From Candidatus Cloacimonadota bacterium (GTDB lineage Bacteria; Cloacimonadota; Cloacimonadia; G963667145): a stretch of DNA of 64,000 nt. Shown piece after piece: positions 1 to 9,402 of this stretch. Numbering within the stretch: the first letter of the stretch is position 1; the number at the start of each line of letters is the position of its first letter. Where the stretch lies: positions 256,001 to 320,000 of the forward strand of contig OY762940.1 of NCBI GenBank assembly GCA_963667255.1, written 5' to 3'. Both the position numbers and the translations under genes were made by a program. The notes under the pieces are model-generated. The model had not been told where the DNA came from, searched no databases, and saw only the letters and a list, made by a program, of their open reading frames with translations.

Positions 1-1558
1 CGAGTGCTTTTTGAATAAGATGTTCATTTTCCGGATCGGTAAACGCTGTGGCTTCGTCCAAAACTACGATGGGAGCGTCCTTTAAAATTGCACGAGCCAA
101 AACAATTCTTTGTTGCTCTCCTCCCGAAAGATAGGTGCCTTTTGTGCCAATTTGGGTGTTCAGTCCGTTTGGTAAATTGTCAATGATTTCTTTGCATTGT
201 GCCATATCAACTGCTTGGTTAACCTCGTCCAAAGTGGCATTGTGATTGCCGTATTTGATGTTTTCCAGCAAAGTAGTTTTAAACAATTTTGTGTTTTGGA
301 AGACAAAAGAGATGTTTTTCATCAACTCTTTATGGGGAATATTCTTTACATTCTCTCCTCCTATAAAAATCTCCCCATCATCAACATCCCAAAATCTGGG
401 AACAAGTTTGGCGATAGTGCTTTTCCCGCCTCCTGAAGCTCCAACTAAAGCCACCGTTTTGTTTTGTGGAATGTCAAAGCTGATATTGTTAATAACCTTT
501 GCCCCAGATTTGAGATAAGAAAAAGAAACATTTTTAAAAGTAATATCAAATTTGCTTATAGATTTTGGATTTTGTGAAGTAGGCAAGGGGTCTACTGACA
601 ATAAATTATCTAAGCGATCAACTGCTTCTCTTGCTTGCCAGAAGGCGTGATTTATACGCATACTCCGTATAATACTTTGCGAAAATACCGGAGCTATCAG
701 AATGTAAAGAAACATATTCAAAATAGTGAGGGAAAGATTGCCGGAGTGTGAAATGAGCAGAATGGCAGTAGGAACGATGAAAAAAGAAAATCCGTTGATT
801 AGCACAATATATAGCGACATCGGGCGTTGCCACAAATTGGTAAATTTAATCACCATTTTTTTGTAGCGAATTATGCTATTATAAAAGTTTTTGAACGAAA
901 AAACTGTTTGTTGAAAAACTTTCACTACGGGAATCCCGCGAACATATTCAACAGCTTCTGTATTCATATCTTCCAAAGAATCCATATACATTTTCATAAA
1001 TTCTTGACCTGTTTTACCCATCATAAAAAACATAATAGTCATGGAAAAAACTATCGGTAAAAGGCATGCGACCCCCAGCCTCCAATCGAAAACAAAAATT
1101 AAAATTCCTGCTGTGATGGGCATAACAACTGTTGATGCAAAATCAGGTAATTGATGTGCCAAAAAACTATGCGTAATACTGGCGTTGTCATCAATGATTT
1201 TGCGAATGCGACCAATGGTGTTGTTCTCAAAAAAACCAAGTGGCAAATTTACCATTTTTTTCATTGCTCTTCTGCGGATATTTGTTTCCGCTCGAAATGC
1301 CGCCAAATGTGATAGTGATAAAGCAGCAAAATAAAACAATACGCTGGCTACGGCAAATCCTGTTGCCAAAAGAGCGTAAGTTTGCACTGACAAAAGGGAA
1401 GAGTCATTTTTCCCAATCAGAAATTCCCTAATAATGAACCACACCAAAACAAATGGTGCCATTCCTGATAAGGCACTCAAACCCGAGAGAAACAACGATA
1501 GTGAAAAAAGCATTTCTCGTCCGGTCATATAGATTTTCAATCTCGATAAAGTATTCAT
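1..1558 (-). CDS. ABC exporter, fused permease + ATPase (MdlB/MsbA-like), 3'-partial (runs off the window start)
   Basis: Not in the ORF track. Manual translation from ATG 1558 (MNTLSRLKIYMTGRE...) stays open through the TM region to Walker A GASGGGKS near 420; LSGGEQQR and VVLDEAT are readable near 50-130. Confidence 0.9.
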   Translation of the reverse strand, partial: MNTLSRLKIYMTGREMLFSLSLFLSGLSALSGMAPFVLVWFIIREFLIGKNDSSLLSVQTYALLATGFAVASVLFYFAALSLSHLAAFRAETNIRRRAMKKMVNLPLGFFENNTIGRIRKIIDDNASITHSFLAHQLPDFASTVVMPITAGILIFVFDWRLGVACLLPIVFSMTIMFFMMGKTGQEFMKMYMDSLEDMNTEAVEYVRGIPVVKVFQQTVFSFKNFYNSIIRYKKMVIKFTNLWQRPMSLYIVLINGFSFFIVPTAILLISHSGNLSLTILNMFLYILIAPVFSQSIIRSMRINHAFWQAREAVDRLDNLLSVDPLPTSQNPKSISKFDITFKNVSFSYLKSGAKVINNISFDIPQNKTVALVGASGGGKSTIAKLVPRFWDVDDGEIFIGGENVKNIPHKELMKNISFVFQNTKLFKTTLLENIKYGNHNATLDEVNQAVDMAQCKEIIDNLPNGLNTQIGTKGTYLSGGEQQRIVLARAILKDAPIVVLDEATAFTDPENEHLIQKAL

Positions 1559-1623
1559 TTAAAGCTCCTTTTAACATTCTCCCGTAAGAGAAATTTATAT
1601 TTTTATTTTTCTTCTATTAAAAA

Positions 1624-1695
1624 AGAACGGTGTTCTATAAGGAGCAGAATTTAATCCGCAGTATTTTTGTCAACTTAAAAAAAGGAACAGCGTTC
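1624..1695. promoter_or_regulatory. Two GAAC-N3-GTTC palindromes flanking a TTGACA -35 (1668-1673, minus strand); probable TetR operators
   Basis: AGAACGGTGTTCT at 1624-1636 and GAACAGCGTTC at 1685-1695, between the TetR gene and the ABC exporter. Confidence 0.55.
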
Positions 1696-1713
1696 AGAAA
1701 CGAACAAAAAAAA

Positions 1714-2331
1714 TTACTCCCCTATCTCCATAACCTTTTTCCAGCCTGCGACGGAGTAGTGCATATACTCGCTTACAAATCTTTCAACTTCTTCGCTGGA
1801 CAAGTCGTGCATAACCAACTCAGCGACACTGCTGATGAACCATGAACTCATGGTGTGAATGAAAAATTTCGAAACATTTCCATTGATGGAAGGGTATTTT
1901 TGTTTTACCAATTCGATAAACTCTTTACCTGTTTTAGTGTGAACTTCGATACATTTTTCGCGATAATCTTCGAGTTTTGAGCCAGCGGATTTGAAAAAAA
2001 GCAAACGAAACTCCTCTTTGAACTCATCAACAAGCTGAATAAACATCTTAATTTGCTCTCGCACATACTTTTCCGTATCGTTGACATAGAGCTCGATGTC
2101 GTTATTATTGTTGTGCTTTTTTATCATATTGTCCAAAACAAGGAGCAGGTCAGCCACAATCTCACAAAAAATTTCGTCCTTATTACTAAAATAGTTGTAG
2201 ATATTGCTCAAGTTCACTTCGCTTTTTTTAGCAATAGTTCGCATCGAAGTATCTTTGAACCCTTTCGCAATAAACTCACTGCGAGCAACTTCCAAAATCT
2301 TCTTTCTGATACTATCTTTCTGAATTTGCAT
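1714..2331 (-). CDS. TetR/AcrR family transcriptional regulator
   Basis: N-terminal HTH: ILEVARSEFIAKGFKDTSMRTIAKKSEVNLSNIYNYFSNKDEIF; ATG 2331 follows a purine-rich RBS. Confidence 0.93.
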   Translation of the reverse strand: MQIQKDSIRKKILEVARSEFIAKGFKDTSMRTIAKKSEVNLSNIYNYFSNKDEIFCEIVADLLLVLDNMIKKHNNNNDIELYVNDTEKYVREQIKMFIQLVDEFKEEFRLLFFKSAGSKLEDYREKCIEVHTKTGKEFIELVKQKYPSINGNVSKFFIHTMSSWFISSVAELVMHDLSSEEVERFVSEYMHYSVAGWKKVMEIGE

Positions 2332-2478
2332 AACTCTTCCTCTCAACTACTTGCAATCCAATAAATATAAATTGCATTAATCGTCTATTTTTTTTTGAAT
2401 TTTGCAGGAGAGATTGAGGGAATCTTTTTGTTAAGAAAAAAGTTGGCTTATAATAGAGTATGAAGAAAACAAGGCTTA

Positions 2479-3516
2479 CTACGATTTTATGATATGCACA
2501 TTCTCAGCTTTGATGTGAGCGAAGATTTTGCCGTCCTTCTTCAATTGATGGTAATCGAGCACATTTTTGCTTATGTTCAGAGAGAGTCTGAAATTCTCTT
2601 TCCCCAACACCAAATCTACCGCCGTCCCTTTTGTCTCGATTTTCTCCAAAGTCAGCTCCAAAGCGTTTTCCATCTTCTCCTTTTTGCCAGAGAGGAAAAT
2701 ATTTTCCGGACGGATAGCGATGTTTAATTGGCTCTCCTCGAATTTTTCTTGAGAAAGGAGCTTAACTCCTTGGCAATCATAGGAATGCAACTCTTCCATT
2801 TTGCCACAATAGCTACCTTCCAAAAATATCGTATTGAGGAAATTTGCGATGAACGGTGTTTTCGGCTTGCAAAAAATGTTCTCGCTTGTGTCGAATTGCA
2901 AAAGATTCCCATCTTGCACGAAAGCAATTTTGTTCGCCAAACTCTTGGCATCCGCTATGTCGTGTGTGATGAGGATTACCGTGATGCCAAACTCAGCGGA
3001 AATATCGTGCAACACCCTCCGCATACATTTTTTGGTAAGGGTGTCCAAACTGCTAAAAGGCTCATCCAAGAGCAGTAGTTTCGGCTTGGCAGCAAGAGCT
3101 CTGGCGAAAGCGACTCTCTGCTTCTCTCCGCCCGACAGCCTTTTGGGATTTCGAGTGAGCAGATGAGAGATAGTCAGTTTCTCGGCAATTTTGAGGATGC
3201 TCTTTTCATCTTTGCTTTTCAGACCATAAGCGATATTTTGATGCACAGTCATATGTTGGAAAAGAGCGTAATTTTGAAAAACGACCCCGATGTTGCGGTC
3301 TTGTATTCGCTTCTTCGTTATCTCCGTGCCGTCCAAAAATACCGAGCCGTCATGCGGATTTCTAAACCCGATAATGAGGTCAAAAATTGTGCTTTTCCCT
3401 GCACCGGACGGTCCGATTATCGTCAAAAAATCTTTTCGCTCCAATTGGAAATTGACATTTCTTAAAGCAAAATTTTCGTATTTTATCGTCAGGTTTTCCA
3501 CAGAAAAGAAACTCAA
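2479..3516 (-). CDS. modC: Molybdate/tungstate ABC transporter ATP-binding subunit with C-terminal TOBE-like region
   Basis: GPSGAGKS, LSGGEKQR, LLLDEPF; in an operon with modAB. Confidence 0.8.
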   Translation of the reverse strand: MSFFSVENLTIKYENFALRNVNFQLERKDFLTIIGPSGAGKSTIFDLIIGFRNPHDGSVFLDGTEITKKRIQDRNIGVVFQNYALFQHMTVHQNIAYGLKSKDEKSILKIAEKLTISHLLTRNPKRLSGGEKQRVAFARALAAKPKLLLLDEPFSSLDTLTKKCMRRVLHDISAEFGITVILITHDIADAKSLANKIAFVQDGNLLQFDTSENIFCKPKTPFIANFLNTIFLEGSYCGKMEELHSYDCQGVKLLSQEKFEESQLNIAIRPENIFLSGKKEKMENALELTLEKIETKGTAVDLVLGKENFRLSLNISKNVLDYHQLKKDGKIFAHIKAENVHIIKS

Positions 3517-4292
3517 AACTTCACCTCGATTTTTTCGATTAAGTATATGGTAACAAAAGAGATAAGTATGAGCAAAACTCCGGCACTAATCGCCATGTCG
3601 ATGTTCCCGTAAGAAAGGTTCAGATAGAGAGTGATGGGCAGAGTTTCCGTTTTCATATAAGTTCCACCGGCAAGAATGAGAATAGCTCCGAAACTGCCGA
3701 TTGAGCGAGTGAACGCCAAGACTGTCGCTGCCAAAATTCCGTTTTTCGCCAATGGCAGCGAGATTTTAGTAAATGTGGTAAAATATCCGTGTCCCAAGCT
3801 GTAGGAAACCAACTCTTGATGCTCATCGATGTAGTCGAAAGTCGATTTGACGGTCTTCACGGAAAAAGGCAAAGCCGTGAAAAATTGTGCTGCGATTATT
3901 CCGAGTTTGGAGAAAATCACAGAGATGTGGAAAAAATTCAGAACGGCGACAACATTGTCCAATCCAAAAAACAGCAACAAGCACAGCCCCAGCAAAACCT
4001 GCGGAAACGCTATGGGCAAGTCTATTATTGCTTTGACGATTTTGCTCCCGAAGAACTCAAACCGCGATAAACTGTAGCCGATGGGAATTGCGAAAATCAT
4101 AACCAAAATCGTGGAGATTATTCCGGTCAAGAAGGACAATTTAATGGAAAAAAGGATTTGCGGGTCTGTAAAATTTTTCACCATAACAGTTGGATTTATC
4201 AAGAAAATGAACGAAAAAATCATCAAAACAAAAGTTATGGTGAAAAAGTAAGAAATTGTTAGAAATAAGATTTTGAGCGGATTTCTCATCAA
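3513..4292 (-). CDS. modB: Molybdate ABC transporter permease
   Basis: DLPIAFP, AQFFTALPF, FTRSIGSFGA, TETLP motifs of ModB/CysT permeases; 4-bp overlaps with both neighbours. Confidence 0.85.
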   Translation of the reverse strand: MMRNPLKILFLTISYFFTITFVLMIFSFIFLINPTVMVKNFTDPQILFSIKLSFLTGIISTILVMIFAIPIGYSLSRFEFFGSKIVKAIIDLPIAFPQVLLGLCLLLFFGLDNVVAVLNFFHISVIFSKLGIIAAQFFTALPFSVKTVKSTFDYIDEHQELVSYSLGHGYFTTFTKISLPLAKNGILAATVLAFTRSIGSFGAILILAGGTYMKTETLPITLYLNLSYGNIDMAISAGVLLILISFVTIYLIEKIEVKF

Positions 4293-5038
4293 TCAGCCAT
4301 TTTAAAATTCCACTTTTGCCAAATATCTTTTCTCTCTTTCAGATACTTATTAAACTTTTCTGCCAACTCTTTGTTCTCCGATTTTTTAGTAATAGCGGAC
4401 GGCACGGTCTTGATGACATTGTTATCAATCGTAATCGTCTTGATTTTGCCTTGACTCTCAGCCCAAGAAGCCATATCTTCCCAAATGATAGTAGCGTCAA
4501 CGGTTTTTTGGGTAATGTAAATAAGCAATTGATTTACTGATGCGGTCTCCACTGACACATTTCCCCTCACGGCATCGTAGATTTTGTTTTTTTGGAAAAT
4601 GGACTGAGAAATTTTACCGATTGCCGGACCCTTTTCCGCTCCAAGAGCAAGCTTAATTCCTTTCTTGGTAAAATCTTTAATTCCTTTAATTTTGGCGGGA
4701 TTGTCTGCTGGCACAGCTATCACAGGAATATGAAGCACGATTTTTTGAACACTCGACTCAACTATCCAACCTTTTTTTACCATATCGTTAAGAGTTTTTT
4801 CACTCCCCGGCACATACACATCACAAGGTTGTCCAGCTACATAGCGACCGTAGAGATTGCCCGAGCCGTCATAATAAACATCAATTTGCGTGTTGTTTTC
4901 CTTTTCAAAATTTTGGATAATTTCGTTCATCGGTTTGATGAGTCCTGCTCCCGAGAACACCGTCAGCTTGTCTTTCCCCCACAGAAATGACAGGGAAAGG
5001 ATGAAAAGCAAAAATATTTTTTTCATTTTTTTCTCCAT
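4289..5038 (-). CDS. modA: Molybdate ABC transporter substrate-binding protein
   Basis: Signal peptide; VFSGAGL, YDGSGNL, DVYVPGS, PAIGK motifs. Confidence 0.85.
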   Translation of the reverse strand: MEKKMKKIFLLFILSLSFLWGKDKLTVFSGAGLIKPMNEIIQNFEKENNTQIDVYYDGSGNLYGRYVAGQPCDVYVPGSEKTLNDMVKKGWIVESSVQKIVLHIPVIAVPADNPAKIKGIKDFTKKGIKLALGAEKGPAIGKISQSIFQKNKIYDAVRGNVSVETASVNQLLIYITQKTVDATIIWEDMASWAESQGKIKTITIDNNVIKTVPSAITKKSENKELAEKFNKYLKERKDIWQKWNFKMAD

Positions 5039-5047
5039 GCGTTTTCT

Positions 5048-5080
5048 TCCGTTGTTTTTTTAGAAACATATCGATGTCAA
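5048..5080 (-). promoter_or_regulatory. modABC promoter (-35 TTGACA 5075-5080) with a degenerate ModE-like operator
   Basis: The minus strand reads TTGAC-ATCGATATGTT-TCTAAA-AAAACAACG; CG-N20-CG spacing and the left arm resemble the ModE box, the right arm is weak. Confidence 0.35.
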
Positions 5081-5260
5081 GAACTTTCTTGCTGAGGAAA
5101 AATATTGTATGAAAAAAGCAGGGATTATTTTTTAGTAACTTGACTTTGGATGTGACCAGTCCTATATTGAACTGTCAGACGATTTTGAGGATAACTCTTG
5201 ACACACAACGCTAAAATTTGACCATTGCGAAGTCAGTTTGATTATAAGCAAAAGGGGGGA

Positions 5261-5443
5261 ATGATGTCATTAGATGAATTTGTGGATAAGTATTCTAAAG
5301 AACCTTTGAATATTTCCAGGGAAGAGAGTGTGCAGATAATGAGAGAAGCCAAGATTATAGACGAAGATGGTTTTTTGAATCCTCTTATGTTTTCCAAGGA
5401 GACTGTGAAGGAGAATAGAAGAGCGAATAAGCCTTTTATATAA
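5261..5443 (+). CDS. Small (60 aa) protein, putative antitoxin/partner of the downstream ART
   Basis: GGGGGGA RBS before ATG 5261; its TAA directly abuts the next ATG; TTGACA at 5198-5203. Confidence 0.65.
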   Translation: MMSLDEFVDKYSKEPLNISREESVQIMREAKIIDEDGFLNPLMFSKETVKENRRANKPFI

Positions 5444-6037
5444 ATGTATACTACTAAGCCTGCTTTTGTCTATGGGTTTCATGGGACGGATAAAGAGCTT
5501 GCTTATAAGATTTTAAATAAAGAAAAAGATTTTACGCCAAGCGATAACAGTTATGACTGGTTAGGGTTTGGCGTTTATTTTTGGGAAAATGATGTGGATA
5601 GGGCTTTGGAGTATGCCAAGGAGAGTATGGGTCGCTCGAAGAATGAAATCAAAAATCCTTTTGCTCTTGGTGCTGTGATTGATTTGGGGACTTGTTTGGA
5701 TTTGCTGAGTCAGAAGTATCTGATGGTTGTTTCTTTGGCTTATAATGAAGTGAAGAAAGATTATGAGAGCAAGGGTTTGCCACTGCCGACGAACAAGGGT
5801 TTTGGGAAGAACGATTTTGATTTTAGGAATAGGGAACTGGATTGTTTGGTTATCAATTACGCTGTGAGATTGCTGAAGAGGAATGGTGTGGAGGTGGATA
5901 CTGTAAGAGCTGCTTTCTTGGAGGGTGTGCCTCTGTATGAGGGTGCGGGGTTTAAGACTAAGAACCATATTCAGATTGCTGTGCTGAATACGGAATGCAT
6001 AAAAGGGGTGTTTCTGCCTCGAGAGAAGAAGTTTTAA
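5444..6037 (+). CDS. Putative PARP-like (H-Y-x clade) ADP-ribosyltransferase-fold protein
   Basis: YGFHGT, DWLGFGVYFWE and HIQIAV match the three core strands of H-Y-E ARTs, with Q at the third position. Confidence 0.6.
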   Translation: MYTTKPAFVYGFHGTDKELAYKILNKEKDFTPSDNSYDWLGFGVYFWENDVDRALEYAKESMGRSKNEIKNPFALGAVIDLGTCLDLLSQKYLMVVSLAYNEVKKDYESKGLPLPTNKGFGKNDFDFRNRELDCLVINYAVRLLKRNGVEVDTVRAAFLEGVPLYEGAGFKTKNHIQIAVLNTECIKGVFLPREKKF

Positions 6038-6124
6038 GAGAAAGCCCATTAGATACTGCCTTCCCTAAAAAACCAAAATCTTTTTTTATATCCCCCATTA
6101 ATAATTTAACCTTTCTGAGTCAAG

Positions 6125-6817
6125 TCAAAACTCTCTCCCTACATTCACCAAATAATCCGCTTCCGTGTGCCTATGCCAAATTGTTGTAAATTGCAGAAAC
6201 CATTTTTTGACGGTGAATTTAATTCCCGAGGCAAGCTCATATTTTCGGAGAGAGATAGTTAACGAGGCGAATTTGTTTAGCGGGTTTTCTGTGGCAACAA
6301 GAAAATTCTCCTGCTCAAGCCGAAGCACCAAGAATTTCTCCTTGCGAGTCTCGACAGCCCATTCATTGTCCGAGACTGACGAACAAATAAGGTAGTGACT
6401 CATTCCCCAAAAGTCCACACCAGCAGAAACGGAAGCGTCTTTGTCAATATTGTCTTCGGAATCTTGTCGGTAAGTCAGATAGCCACCAATCGAAAAAATC
6501 TTTTGCTTGTAGCTGAGTCCACCGGAAAAGCCAACTTTCTTGTAATAAGTGAAATACAGATAATCGCAATCGGCAAAATAGCAAAAATTCTTGTGCTTTG
6601 TGGAGAGCGAAAGATTGTAATTCATTACTTCGCTTTTGCCGTTGTAAAACTTTGCACCGAGAGAAAGGGCGGAGTCTTGCAGAGCTGGATTGAACAAAAA
6701 AGAGCGTGCCGGCTCCAAGTAGTGAAAATTTATTGCCCGTAAAGAAGAAGGAGAAAACAGGCAAAAGATTAATGAGAAGTTAACCAAACCGACACGCAAA
6801 AAGGTTCGTTTACTCAT
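6125..6817 (-). CDS. Hypothetical exported protein, probable outer-membrane beta-barrel
   Basis: Signal-like N-terminus, NPA motif, alternating aromatic/polar strands, C-terminal Phe. Confidence 0.55.
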   Translation of the reverse strand: MSKRTFLRVGLVNFSLIFCLFSPSSLRAINFHYLEPARSFLFNPALQDSALSLGAKFYNGKSEVMNYNLSLSTKHKNFCYFADCDYLYFTYYKKVGFSGGLSYKQKIFSIGGYLTYRQDSEDNIDKDASVSAGVDFWGMSHYLICSSVSDNEWAVETRKEKFLVLRLEQENFLVATENPLNKFASLTISLRKYELASGIKFTVKKWFLQFTTIWHRHTEADYLVNVGREF

Positions 6818-6912
6818 TGTAAGTTTATTTAGTTCACCTATTTCTGAACCAAATATTTGTCAACACTTTTTTTGCGATTCCACAAGCACGGATAGTTGAC
6901 TTTCCCATAACG

Positions 6913-7722
6913 CTAATTCTTCATTTTCAGTTTGATTTTGTAATATTTTTCCAGAGATTTGACATTGAGCTTTCTCGCTACATCCATAAATACTGCGGAT
7001 AACATCGCCAAAAAGTAGAAAAATTTTTGTCTTGCGGAGAGCTTTTTTAATTTGTTGGAAATCATGTAGTTAGCGTAATTGCTCTGCAAGAGGCTTTTTG
7101 TGGATGCTCCGCCTTCGGCAAAATTAGCGATAACTATGGGAAGATAGCGGAACGATTTTTTTTGTAAATACATTTTGTAGATAACTTCGTAATCGGCATT
7201 CAGCGACTCCAAGGAAAATCTATTCTCCTTTTGCAGAGTGGTTTTCACGAACATACTTTGGTGGCAAAACCTCATTCCTCGCCAGAGGGTTTCTATTGGT
7301 TTGGTCTTTTTGATGTATTGAAATTCGGGAAAAATCCGTTTGGTCAATCCGTAAACGACATCCGCATCGATTGGTTGCGAAAAAATTTTTGCCAGAACTG
7401 TCTCGTCAAAATACGAATCTCCTGCGTTCATAAATCCTATCCACTCCCCCGTGGCAACAGCGGTTCCCTTGTTCATCGCATCGTAGATTCCGCCGTCTTT
7501 TTCGCTCGTCCAGTAACTTATTTTGTGTTCGTATTTCTTGATGATGTCAATAGTTCCGTCGGTCGAACCTCCGTCTATCACGATGAACTCGACATTCGGA
7601 TAGGTTTGACTAACGATGCTCCGAATAGTTTGCTCCAGCATATCCACACCGTTGAAGACGACCGTCACTACGCTAATTAAAGGCAAATCACTTTTCGGAG
7701 AGGTTGTTGTCATTTTTTTCAT
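6913..7722 (-). CDS. Glycosyltransferase family 2 (WcaE/WfgS-like)
   Basis: ISVVTVVFN, IDGGSTDGT, SEKDGGIYDAMNKG, FMNAGD, HQSMF. Confidence 0.92.
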   Translation of the reverse strand: MKKMTTTSPKSDLPLISVVTVVFNGVDMLEQTIRSIVSQTYPNVEFIVIDGGSTDGTIDIIKKYEHKISYWTSEKDGGIYDAMNKGTAVATGEWIGFMNAGDSYFDETVLAKIFSQPIDADVVYGLTKRIFPEFQYIKKTKPIETLWRGMRFCHQSMFVKTTLQKENRFSLESLNADYEVIYKMYLQKKSFRYLPIVIANFAEGGASTKSLLQSNYANYMISNKLKKLSARQKFFYFLAMLSAVFMDVARKLNVKSLEKYYKIKLKMKN

Positions 7723-7854
7723 AAACTTACTCTCGTTTCCCTATATTTTTCGTAAAGTAAAGATTTGTTTTTCTTCGACCACTGACAAAGAAAAATCGCC
7801 GTCAACCACACAAATTGTTTGACAAAACAACGACAAAAATCGGGGAAATGAAAT

Positions 7855-8520
7855 ATGGAACAAACAGATAGCGACCAAAAAAACGGCAAAATCGTTACCC
7901 CGAAACTCTATCAATATCTATCGGAGATATCGCCGGAAGAGCATCCATATTTGGCGAGACTTCGCAAAGAAACCGTAGAGAGAGTTCGTCAATCGCATTT
8001 TCTGATTAGCGTAGAGCAAGCCCAATTCTTGCAATTCCTCATCAAATTGATAAACGCCAAAAGCTGCTTGGACATCGGGACATTCACGGGTTACAGTGCT
8101 CTGCTTGCCGCTCTCTCCATTCCTGAAGATGGCAAGGTCGTCACTTTGGATTACAAAACTGATTTGGAAGCAATCCGCCAAAAGCACTGGGAAAACGCAA
8201 ACGCATCGCACAAAATCAGGCAGATAATCGGATTAGCCGAAGAGAGTCTGAAAAATCTCCAAGACCAAAAGTTCGACTTCATCTTCATCGATGCGGACAA
8301 AATCAACTACTCCAAGTATCTCGCACTCTGTCTGCCGATTTTGAACGACAACGGTCTTATCGTGGTGGACAATCTTTTGCTCTCGGGAAGAATATTGGAA
8401 GACGACAATCGCACTGCTCCCAAACTGCGACAATTCAACGCTTCTCTCAAGTCTATGGAGAACATCAACTACTCCATTTTGTCCATCGCCGACGGACTCG
8501 CACTCATTCAAAAAAGGTAG
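7855..8520 (+). CDS. SAM-dependent O-methyltransferase (CCoAOMT/MdmC family)
   Basis: LDIGTFTGYSAL, FDFIFIDADK, GLIVVDN, ADGL. Confidence 0.9.
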   Translation: MEQTDSDQKNGKIVTPKLYQYLSEISPEEHPYLARLRKETVERVRQSHFLISVEQAQFLQFLIKLINAKSCLDIGTFTGYSALLAALSIPEDGKVVTLDYKTDLEAIRQKHWENANASHKIRQIIGLAEESLKNLQDQKFDFIFIDADKINYSKYLALCLPILNDNGLIVVDNLLLSGRILEDDNRTAPKLRQFNASLKSMENINYSILSIADGLALIQKR

Positions 8521-8631
8521 TATTTCAATCAATTACATTTCAACTCTGTCAAATTTTTTCGGCTTTTTACCTTGACACCCCCCCCATTTTTTATCTTCAC
8601 CAACAAATTTATAAAAAATAGGAGATGAAGA

Positions 8632-9282
8632 ATGAAAAGATACGCAGTCATATTTCTTTTGCTGAATTTCTTTGCAATATGTTCACTTTCAGCAGAAGAA
8701 CAATCATCAGAAAATTTCAAAAAAAAGAATTTTTCTATAATACTCGGAGTAGGGACTAACGAACTCAAATCATCTGGAACAAATGATGACAGTAAAGAAG
8801 AAACCAGTGTATTTATTGGAGTTGGCTGGGAATATAGATTTAGCAACAAATGGTTTTCTATAGAACCACAATTTTATGAGATATCTAAAAACTACAAGTA
8901 TGAATCTACTGCTTATACCTTTACTGATAAGAGTAGCTATTTTGAAATTCCTGTATTAGCAAAATTCTCTTACAATTTCAAGAATATTCCAGGAAGAGTT
9001 TATTATGCTGTTGGTCCCCAAGTTAGTTTTTTATTTTGGCATTCTACAGACTTTAAAAACGGGACAACTACACTTACTGAAGCAGACAAAACTGAAATGG
9101 AAAAAAGACTTAAGCCTATTTCTGTAAATGGTGGTGTTGTTTTAGCAGTAGGTGGAGTTTATAAAAAATTTCTTATAGAAGTTAGAGCTGATATTGTAGG
9201 TGGAGACATTTTGGATTACCCAACCTTTACTAATAAATACCATTACTCATCTGGGCATCTAACTCTCGGCTATATTTTCTAA
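8632..9282 (+). CDS. Outer-membrane beta-barrel (porin family) protein
   Basis: Signal peptide; YFEIPVLAKF, YAVGPQVSFL; C-terminal LGYIF. Confidence 0.75.
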   Translation: MKRYAVIFLLLNFFAICSLSAEEQSSENFKKKNFSIILGVGTNELKSSGTNDDSKEETSVFIGVGWEYRFSNKWFSIEPQFYEISKNYKYESTAYTFTDKSSYFEIPVLAKFSYNFKNIPGRVYYAVGPQVSFLFWHSTDFKNGTTTLTEADKTEMEKRLKPISVNGGVVLAVGGVYKKFLIEVRADIVGGDILDYPTFTNKYHYSSGHLTLGYIF

Positions 9283-9300
9283 TTTTTTGAATACATTTTT

Positions 9301-9333
9301 AGAGAGGGTTTCTTCCGAAACCCTCTCTTTTTT
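9301..9333 (+). terminator. Intrinsic terminator
   Basis: 12-bp perfect stem AGAGAGGGTTTC/GAAACCCTCTCT followed by a T-run. Confidence 0.85.
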
Positions 9334-9402
9334 ATTGCTCTCTATCTTTTGTCTTGACATTTTTTTGCCCGCCCTTTCAATTAGCAGAAAAAACTTTAGG
9401 AT

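Noticed and set aside
1..1558. Apparent gene-free or pseudogene region (no long ORF in the track)
   Set aside because: Manual translation shows an open ABC-exporter frame whose stop lies beyond the window edge.
1624..1695. GAAC...GTTC as a Firmicutes-type LexA box
   Set aside because: The spacer is 3 nt rather than 4, and the context is a TetR-transporter pair.
8578..8585. C8 tract in a promoter spacer as a phase-variation switch
   Set aside because: Short tract with no evidence of length variation from a single sequence.
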